A DNA stretch of 64,000 bases, taken from the NCBI GenBank assembly GCA_951406725.2, contig OX597830.1:46066001-46130000 (forward strand). The letters run 5' to 3'. This DNA comes from Octopus vulgaris (taxonomy: Eukaryota). This document shows, piece after piece, positions 54,254-64,000 of the stretch (position 1 is the first letter of the stretch; every line of letters begins with the position of its first letter). The notes beneath the pieces were generated by a model. That model did not search any database, was not told where the DNA came from, and saw only the letters and a list, made by a program, of their open reading frames with translations. Both the position numbers and the translations under genes were made by a program.

Positions 54254-54422
54254 TATATATTAGAGGAAAAAGGACAACAAAAACCAAGGCAGGACGAGCC
54301 TATTACTTGGGATGTCCCAGAAACAGCTGTAAGACTTAAAATTAACCTATTTATATTATTATAAATGACTTGAGATACTTGTCCTGCCTTGGTTTTTTAA
54401 CGTCCTTTTCCTCTAATATATA
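54254..54422 (+). mobile_element. Truncated PLE-like insertion with 3' half of a hammerhead
   Basis: ~45-bp inverted arms; internal TGGGATGTCCCA GAAA CAGCTG TA AGAC matches the 2188-2243 motif. Confidence 0.55.
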
Positions 54423-57400
54423 TCATCATCATCGTTGTTTAATGTCTGCTTTCCATGCTGGCATGGGTTGGACGGTTTGACTGAGGACTGGTAAGCCAGA
54501 AGGCTGCACCAGGCTCCAACCAATGTACAATATAAGTACATTTACTTAGTGAGTCTTTCATTACTACTTCAGCAAGTTCAATTAACTCAATGTTTTAATG
54601 ATTAGGTCATAATTACACAGAAATACATTACAAGTTGTCTCATCTACTTGTTAAAATAACTAAAATAATATTATAGCAGAAGAGATAGAACTGATGATCT
54701 TTATGAAAACAAAACTTCAATTTCTGTTTTTATTTCTTTTGTAATTACACAACTTTGATACTGTGCTGTAGTATTCAATGTCAATTAAATTCATTTAAAT
54801 TTTGCAATAATACAGAGATACCATAACCTTCTTAAATAGTCTGTACTCCACTACCAAAATTAACAAATTTCTTAGATAATCAACAATGTGGTCACTATCA
54901 TAAAATTTTCAAAATAATCAAAAATAATCCAAAAGGCTATCATCCTTCCTCTGATATTAGTCCAGGTTGACTAATATTATTTTCTTTCCTCTTGTCATGT
55001 CTCTGATTAGCTGCTCACTCTTCCTAGCATTTAACATTAACTTAACTATTATTTTTAACAATTCAACCCTTCTTTATGTGTCAGCATCACAGAGGATCAA
55101 AATGGCAACAAGTTCATCGATGTTTCCTCGATATGCTAGACAGTTCCCTCACCCATCTCTGTTCTTACCTGCTTTATCATCAGATAATAAGTAGGGCAAC
55201 AGAACTTTAATGCCTCACTCCAAACAGAGCACTGCACTAATAATGGATAATCCAATAAGCTAAGCCGAATAAACTGCCTGGTTCAAGACCCCCACCTGCT
55301 TCTTGGATGTTTTTTTAGCAAAACTTCCTGCAGATTGCTCAGTTTGTGTATTGGCTGCAGTCAGTTCTGAAAGGTTTTGCCTGTCATCAACTCTGAGCTT
55401 CTTCCACTGATTAATTTATAAAAAGAATCAAACATTATCTGATCAGTTTAATTCCATCACACTCCAATGAGTCTCAAAACAGGGAATTCCAAACAGTGTT
55501 GACTCAAAATTCACTCATAACCAAAAATTACAGGTCCATTATTTTTTTTATAAAATTCAAATTTTTTTTTCCTTTTTTATCTGAAATAACCACATCCAAA
55601 TATTGTAGAATTTAATGGCCAAATTGATTAGATATCGGACTAGTAGCTCAAAGATTTTGAGTTCAAATCTACTTTAGACACTGTATTTGGTGAAAAATAA
55701 TCCACATAACCGCAATTCACTGAGCTGTCAGTAATAGCAACCAGATCATCTGAGAAGGTTATCTCTGATAGAATGAGGATCTATTTTGGAATACATCTTG
55801 AAAATGTCTGCTTAATACCACAAAATTAAAACCTACCACCAACTCTAAAGTTGGTTCAAGTTTTGTGATTCTCATGCTTGTTTTTTCTTTTGTTTTTTTT
55901 TTATAAATGTCCAAATGATGAGTCTCAACATTGAAATAATCGTGATGTATATTTTCTATTGAAGAATAAATTAATTTTTACCTAATTTGAACATATTCAT
56001 ATCACAACTATGAAATTACACAATGTCTCTAAGTTCATCTGAGTTCAAATCCACATAAATTCTCCTGTTATGTTATTTGGATAGTACATCTAATTCTTCA
56101 TACCTTGATTCAATAGGAATAGATATCCACTATTCACAGATTAATAACATCAGAATAGCATCCTACACAGAGATAGATTTATCTATCAAACACCGGAATC
56201 TGTGGGAGTGATGCTAAGCACCAGTTCTTTTGAACAGTTTCACACTAAGGAGAAATGTATATCGATAAAAGTGTAGATACATTATTGATCACAGTGCCAA
56301 CATGAAGGTGAGACAGAAAAAAATACATTGATTGAAAACTAATGTAAATCCTCATGAAACCAAGTTTTTCAATTGTCATATATAATCATAAATTTTGGTA
56401 TTATGACCTTCACCTATGATTACATTATCACCATTGTTTAAATACCTGCCTTTCCTTGTTGGTATTGGTTGATCCCCCATGAAGCAAGGTCTATGTCTTT
56501 CTTTATTCTCTTTCCTCACATTTGTAGGGTTCAACATTCGGAGGCCTAATCTTATCCCTTCCACCAAATCTATTTTGTTTTTTTACTTCATCCTCTGGAC
56601 TCTTAGGTACCTTTAGTTGAACTCACTTTGTTGCAGGCATTTGAACCAAGGCTTTGATCTGAAGATGAGTTGTGATCAATTAATAATACCCACAATACTG
56701 CTCTTATTTCCTCAGCCATCCCATATATACCAACTAAAACTGTTAATGTCCCGACAGTGAATCCCATTTGACTCCTTACTTTCCAGCTTCCACATTTAAC
56801 ACATGGTGACCTCACCAGCGCTGGTGCTATGATAAAATCACTGAGTACACTCTGTAAAGTGGTTGGCATTAAGAAGAATATTCAATCATAGAAATCATGC
56901 CAAAGCAGATGCTGGAGCTTTGTGCAGCCCTCTGGCATCTAAATTCATGTCAAACCTTCCAACCGATGCCAGCATGGAAAAAGGGATGTTAAATGATGCT
57001 GATTGCACCACTTAACTATGTTTCATGGAGTTTGCTCTTTATATGGAAAAATATCTCATTACCATCCTTTTCACAAATTAGTTACTTTACATTAATTACA
57101 ACCACTTTCAGCAAAAATTATGTCTCCTTAGAAGCAGAAGCTATCAACTTCATCAACTGAAACAGCTAAGCCGCTTATGAGTGTCCCTTACAAGTAATTA
57201 TTCAGGGTCATTTGAAGGACACGCATGCAATAACACTGTTCTTCTAAAATTTTTGCTCCACTTGTCTCATTAAGCCATAAACACGGTTAACAAATCCTAA
57301 AACCTCACCCAATCACTCCAGCCAAACAACACGACAGCTTTATGGGATTCCTTCCAATATACACATTGAGCTCCAGACTTAGCTCATGCCCTCACTGTAT

Positions 57401-60400
57401 TCCTTAATCTCTCTCTCTCCATCGATATTTATTCAATTCTAAGGAAACAAAAGACATTGTCATAACTTCTCTGCTTTTGCCAACAACTATCCTACCATCC
57501 AACATATTAAAAGGGATGTAAACAGTTGTAAGCCACTTCCTCACCTTCACGTTCACCATCACATTTCCTAGTAACTACCAGCAGGTTTTTCATAGAGCCC
57601 AACTTATCAAAATCTCAATCCCTTACATCAATGTTCTTACATTTGACAATACCAATTCCTCAGACTCTGCCTTACATGCTAATGTGTTGCTGTATACACC
57701 TAGATTCTGGATTGCATTCACTAAAAGATCAAAAGGTTTACTGACAAATTTACCCAGAAACATGCAATGACACTGGTTCACAAACATGATGTTTCTCTCG
57801 GCTACTTCGAGCTAAACACTCTCTCTGCTGAACTTCTTTCTTCTTTGGTTCACCCGATCCACTTCTATCTCCACCTCTCATCACCTCAACAATTTTTCTA
57901 CTCGTTTCTTCCCAGAGCGGCAGCCCTTAACCATTTTGTTTCTGTCTGCATTTTCGCTATAGATGTTGACCTACAGAACATTAGACAGTGACCGTTAATT
58001 GCATCGATCATATCCATCTAAGTTTCGCAAAGATCCAGGACACCCCCCTTTCTTCCTTTCATGAATTATTAAAAAAAATTTATCAGAGACCCCACTGCTT
58101 TTTTTTTTTTGTGAACCTTTTACTTTACTAAGCATTCCTTTGCTATATTTTCAAGTTTTTTTAATTCTCTTAAATTTTCAGGTTAAGAGAAAGTAAATAT
58201 ACCTTTAATCACTCACTTGACAATCCAGATTATAGGTGATAATAAAACCACTGAAAACTGCTACAAAAATCTAATGTGATGTATTAGATGCCTTTTGTAA
58301 CTTCCCTAGAATATCATTCTCTCTCTGGACTTTCTTGTCGGTTATCAGTTCATATGAGACGTTAGTGAACATTCCAGACAAGAGAACCAAACTTTTCAGA
58401 ACATCCTTGAAATAACACTTTGCTCAGTCAGAATGGTGTGGGACAGACAAAAGCACTTTTATGATCCACTGGCAACTTACCATTCATCATTTAAGATTCG
58501 TTATTCTGTCCAACATAATGGCAAGTACTTAAGGTTGTATGCGTGCTCATAGCTTTTAACCATTTCATTGTTTATACAGAAAAACACTTTAAGAAGCAAG
58601 CCAGAGAAACTTGGATATGAATTTCTTAGTTTTTTAACTGTTCTAACAATACATGACAAAAGAAACAGTGAACTGCCTTTTTTTTCACTTGAAACACTTC
58701 AAAGCATACACAACAATATGTACTTTGAGACCTTTATCACACCAGGAGCATGTGACAGGTGGTTGAAGACAAGAATCTCTCATAGCAAAGTTGGCGATCT
58801 TTGGGTTTCATCTCTCTCTCATATTTTGGGCTGAAAGTTTTCAGACAGATCTCACTACTCATCCTACTCTGAATACAAATATCAAGCTGCCACCATTAAC
58901 AACACACACAACGAAGCAGATGAGATATCACTCTTCATTTAACCATCTAGACATACCTATCACCCACAAGCAACCACAACTCACTTCAAAACTGTTCTGC
59001 TTCAAGGAATAGACCCTTTATAAGCATTCCTCAACAGGCATTGTGGTTTTTTTCAACAAGTACAAAGACACAGTCACTACACACATCACAGAGATGATTG
59101 TTTGCCTTCCTTTCTCTAGTATTGGACAATTCACAATTAAAACCCCACCAAAGTTGCTAGGCCTCACAACCTCCTGTCATCTCATTCATAACATAGCAGA
59201 AACTGTATCTCAAACACTAAGCCTTCCTTTTTGTAGCCAGAAAAAAATTGACTAACTTCACTCTCTGATCTATAGACACACTTTCTCCCCACTCAGCCAC
59301 TCTGTAGCATGGACAAATGGTTAAGAAGTTTGCTTTGCAGGTCTCTGATTTGATTCCACCATGTGGACATGTTGGACAAGAGTCTTTTATTAGTTTCGGG
59401 TCAACCCAAAACTTGAGTGAAATTAGGTAACCATAGAAACTATGTGTAAGCTCATGAGATGGCTTAAAGATGCAGCCTTGTCAAGCACACTGTGTCATGC
59501 GGATTCTGAGGGTACATGCGTCTGTGGAATAACCAACCACTTACATGAGCAGATTATGATTGAGTAAATGAATAGTCATCATGGAACCGACTGAGATCCA
59601 TTACAACAGACCGTGCTCTTCTGAACTAGCGAATGCCCCTCCATCTCCTTTGCTTCAACACCACACTGAACACTAAACCCTATCGATTTGAACAGAACCT
59701 AAAGACCTGCAAGGACCAGAGACTGTCCCTTCTAACTAAGCCTGAAGAAATACATTTTCATACTTTGAATCACCTGTAACAAGTTTCAGAGCCTATACTT
59801 AAGTAATGCATATTCATACAAACAGTGAAGCGGTTGGTGTTAGAGAGGACATCCAGTGATAGAAATCTTGTCCCATTTGACATCGCAACCCAGCACAGTT
59901 GTCTGATGAGTTGGATCTTGTTGAACCTAGCCAACCCATGCCAACATGGAATACGGGCGTTAAGCGACGACGACGATGATGCTGATATACACACACACAA
60001 AGATATACAACATATATACAAATGTACCTGTACTGATAAATACAAATATACACACACATATCTATAATACGTACTATACACACACGGGTGTGATTGCGCG
60101 CGTATGTATGTCTACGAAATAGAAAAACAAACTTCAATATAAAATATAGTTGAGATCGGCTGTCTTTTGCTGTTGTTGTTGAATAAATGTTCCATGAAGT
60201 TTTCTATTATTAAAAATTTGTAAAGAAAAAATTACATTATTTTTAAAATGCGTAGAATATCCTTAGGGATTCTGAAGCCCTCATATCAATCCACATAGAA
60301 CTGGTTGTTACCGTTACAGAAAATAAAAAGACTTGTATTTCTTCCATGAAAATGAAAGACAGTGTTAAAAGTTGTTTTAAACGCTACTAAGAATGAAATC

Positions 60401-63014
60401 AGTTAATCTCTAATCAATCACCTTGGTGGTTTAAAACTAAACTTATATAACGTAACACGATATCAGTCTTCACGATTTATTGAAAACAAAAGCATTTGAA
60501 TGACCTCTGCTTACAAATCGTATGAACATTTTGTATTTATAGGATTTCGTTAAAAAAAAAATGAGAAATGTTCCTACATTTTTAATAACCATGCGTGCAC
60601 AGGCTCTATATTGCAAGAATACCCAATATTTCTTTATTGTCAGAACTTATGGGGGAAAAAAGAAAGAAAGAAGTGAATTATGGTCAATTACACGTAGTAT
60701 TTACTCCATATTATTCAAAAAGAAAAAAAATTTACTATATTTGAAAAACAGTAAATTCCTTAACACTGAATGAAATGTGGTTGAGTAATGAAGGCACAAT
60801 TCATACATCGATTTCATTTAAAATATAAGATAAAAATTCTTTATCACCCAAAGGAATTATTGTCCATCAAAACTGCCCCTATTATTATTATCCTCACCTT
60901 AATACAGTGAGAAGGTTCTGGGAATTCTCCTACGAAATATTGTAATTGTATGATATATAAATAATAAACACTAATTTAACCGTTTTTAATTGTTTACATA
61001 CAAGTGCTCATTTATAATTCACTTAAGTAAATAATCTAAACCTAACCGTGTTGGTAATTACAGTGAAGTAAGCGCTTGTGACGAGCATAACTTTAATTAA
61101 TCGAGAGCATAGTCGTATCGAAAGGAATGAAATATTATTGCACAAGGCTAAAAACGAAAAAGCTCAACGTACAAGATGAGCAAAACATAAAAGAGAAGTT
61201 GTATGAAATGCGCAAAACCAAACACAGGGGAGTCTCTAAAGGGTCGTTCGACCTGCCAGATACAGAAACTAAATTTCTCACGTATCGTATAATTTCAGAA
61301 AATGGGCACATTGATTAATATAGCCCGGAGTATACAAATCCCGGAAAGAAATGATGAGATGGTCATGGCTAGAATGCCTTTCGTTATATATCTGATCGAT
61401 CAGAACCAAGTTGAGGGGAGGGGGGGTGAACAACCCCAAAATTGTTTCAACGCCTATACATCAACAACGAGAGAAAATAAAGCAAACAAGATCCTGTCTT
61501 CTATTAATAGTTCGGAACTAACCATTGATGGAGGGGAAATAAAGCTTAAATAATAGAAATACTTTCACGTACATTAAAACTAATATTAGCAATTTATTTA
61601 CATTGCTTTAATTTTGTCACATGGGAACTCAGTATCGCTACAGCATCAAATAAGCATTAAAAGCCTGGAGAAAGCGATCTCCTCAGCTGATTAACACGAT
61701 CCAGATATTACAAGTTGAAAGTAAACAACAATTGAAAAGAAAATGTTAAGTAAGGGATCGAAATATTTAATTGTTTCCACGAAACATGAATGATTGTTTG
61801 CTAGAAAATGGGAGAGAGTGACATCCCTCGTGACCCGCCCCTGCAACACACAACAGTTCTTCTTCTTCTTCTCTGTTCTCTTTAATGAAAAGTTAAGAAC
61901 AGGAAGTGGCGAGTGGTGGCCATGTAGGGGAAATAATCGCAACATGGCCAACAACTTGGCTGCTAAGGAATTAAGTTGATGAAAGGCAATTATTCAACAA
62001 GCTGAAACCGATTCGTTCAACTTCACAACGATTAACGGAGCGGAGAAATATACACGATATGTGTGAAGATGAACATTCGGACAACACAAAGAGTTGGTTG
62101 GCTTTTTACACGATTTCCTGCACAACAAGACACAACCAGCAAACATAAATATGATTGATTTATACAACACTAACGATGTAAGGTTATATTTCTCAAAATC
62201 TATTTCCAATGTCTTACAACAAATATAAAAATCAGGATGCGAATTGATTGGAAATACATTGTTCTGTGCATTTCCGTCCGAATGCTGTTGCAGAAAAGAT
62301 ATAAAAAGGATCCACGTGTTTTAAGCAACAGATAACAAAGTTCACTGATTGCAAGGGTAAAAACTGAAGTAATAATTATTCGAAAAAAATATTAATTAAT
62401 TGAACATCAAAATAGGAAGGAGAATGAAATTATAAAAAGACATTTGTTTCGAAATAACATCTTTAGGTGCGAGAGAAATGATAGCTTGTGACAATCTAGA
62501 AATTGTAGCAGCCGAATTAAAGGAGAAGAATATAGATTGAGATTTCATAATTATATCGAGGAGATCAGTGGAGTTATCAAGGATATCAGGGTTGGCCAAG
62601 CAACAGCATAGATAAAAGAGGCGTGAAAAGCAGACATTTAGATTTGTTTCATTAAGGAGTGACGTACATTCCGAGTTGTAGAGAGAAACATATTAAAGAA
62701 TCGGCTCCTTCCTATTTTCGCTGCTGAATTGAAGCAGCAACGGGATGGAAGTTCCGATTCGACACGACCACCCAACGGTCACACTTACAAAGCAATCAAT
62801 TACGAGAGATCGAAACACACTGTGGACCTATGTTTACCAGGAGATAAATCTAGGAGTGATCCACAGATCATTAATCGTGTAAAAAAAGTTCGGTTTACGA
62901 GCAAAGGAGGAACCAGAAAAGAATTTCAATGCAACCAACATTTGCTTCGCGACTGTTTACAAAGTTGAGCGATGACAATGTTAAGCGAGACACCGAATAA
63001 CGGATGCGACTTAC

Positions 63015-63151
63015 TCTTCTTCCGACGGCGCCGATGTAAGGGCCGTGTCCACCTGTTCTTCAGTTCTCTCGACGTCAGCAGAAAAGGGATCGAATTCGTC
63101 TTGTTGCAAGCCACAGTTGGAATTGTCGACGGTCTGTTTCAGCTCCGCCAT
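63015..63151 (-). CDS. RASA1: RasGAP exon 1 (MAELKQTVDNSNCG...TALTSAPSEE)
   Basis: ATG in agaATGG context, open for 137 nt, ends GA|gtaagt. Phase 2 fits exon 2, and LTSAP resembles the LTAPP that precedes the N-SH2 of RASA1. Confidence 0.85.
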
Positions 63152-63360
63152 TCTCCCTCATGGCACAAGTCCGCACCTACGACAAGTGGTAATTTCGATT
63201 GGCTGATTTCTCGTCCAATCACATCGCTCCAACCACTACCATCTCAGTTGTTGCTTTCTCGCACAGGTTTCATTGCATCGTTTCGAATTCTGCTTCCAGT
63301 GTTGCTGCTATCAATTACTGCAAGGCTAACGAAGAGACGAAACTAACGAGTCACGTCTAA
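63152..63360 (-). promoter_or_regulatory. Putative 5' UTR and proximal promoter
   Basis: CpG-rich relative to the rest of the window, with two opposed CCAAT boxes (ATTGG at 63198, CCAAT at 63216) just upstream of the start codon. Confidence 0.45.
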
Positions 63361-64000
63361 ATATTTTAGCCACTCAATTTTACCACTTATTTGTATCATT
63401 TTTGTAATCTGCCTGAATACTTAAAATTCCAATTGGAATGAAATGATAAATACATCAGAATCCGACTTGAAGCGTCTGCAGATTATATCTGAAGGAAATG
63501 GCAGAAAAATACCTTCAGAGATTTACCTTGATCACGTCCAACAAAAGGGTTATTAGCTTTTAGGGATTGAGTATTTAAGTTATAGGACAATATCTTTTCA
63601 CAAATTAGCACTTGTGACACACACACACACACGTATATGTGTGTGTGTCCGATATATATATATATACACACTCACACACACATACATACATGTATTGTTT
63701 CAACACACACACTTTTTAGTTAAGTACATGTTTGTTCAATTTTAAAACAAAGGATTGGCAATGACACCGAAGTTTCGACGTGCTGATGAAAGCAAGCATG
63801 CCAAAACTTCGAATCACTAACATTTCCTGGTAAATGGAGTGGCTGTGTGGTAAGTAGCTTGCTTACCAACCACATGGTTCCGGGTTCAGATCCACTGCGT
63901 GGCATCTTGGGCAAGTGTCTTCTGCTATAGCCCCGGGCCGACCAATGCCTTGTGAGTGGATTTGGTAGATGGAAACTGAAAGAAGCCTGTCGTATATATG

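Larger units (their letters stand above)
9185..63151 (-). other. RASA1: Gene span: Ras GTPase-activating protein 1 (p120-RasGAP) ortholog, 24 coding exons, 904 aa
   Basis: Exon lengths 137,150,136,71,115,76,145,79,139,83,74,85,239,77,173,157,143,116,87,68,89,78,123,75 sum to 2715 nt with matching phases. Domain order is SH2-SH3-SH2-PH-C2-RasGAP, with the FRATSL arginine finger and the FLRLLCPAILNP signature. Confidence 0.96.

Noticed and set aside
62972-63346. 124-aa plus-strand ORF antisense to exon 1
   Set aside because: No recognisable domain; explained by GC-richer exon and promoter sequence.
63762-63817. Imperfect hairpin containing CTGATGA, a possible hammerhead
   Set aside because: GAAA is replaced by AAAA and no proper UH site or stem II forms on the same strand. 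It is at best a decayed relic.
1-64000. Numerous ORFs rich in HT, CV, YI, LS or poly-I/S/D
   Set aside because: Translations of microsatellites and SINEs.

Overview
AT-rich, microsatellite-dense animal genomic DNA. The tRNA-SINE and RTE repeat content resembles an octopus or other coleoid cephalopod, which is an inference. The window holds one complete protein-coding gene on the minus strand, a RASA1/p120-RasGAP ortholog. I assembled it by hand into 24 coding exons (ATG at 63151, TGA ending at 9185; 2715 nt, 904 aa) with domain order SH2-SH3-SH2-PH-C2-RasGAP. All splice phases join in frame, and intron 3 is GC-AG. Introns and flanks contain tRNA-derived SINEs, RTE and CR1/L2 LINE 3' fragments, a decayed hAT transposase and Tc1/mariner ends. 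The most notable signal is a set of short non-coding insertions with Penelope-like (PLE) architecture: a head-to-head inverted copy of the 3' end, a ~33-nt one-sided tail and target-site duplications. They carry minimal type-I hammerhead ribozyme motifs, and one family fuses a Pol III tRNA-SINE head to a hammerhead/PLE tail. Most supplied ORFs are microsatellite or repeat noise.
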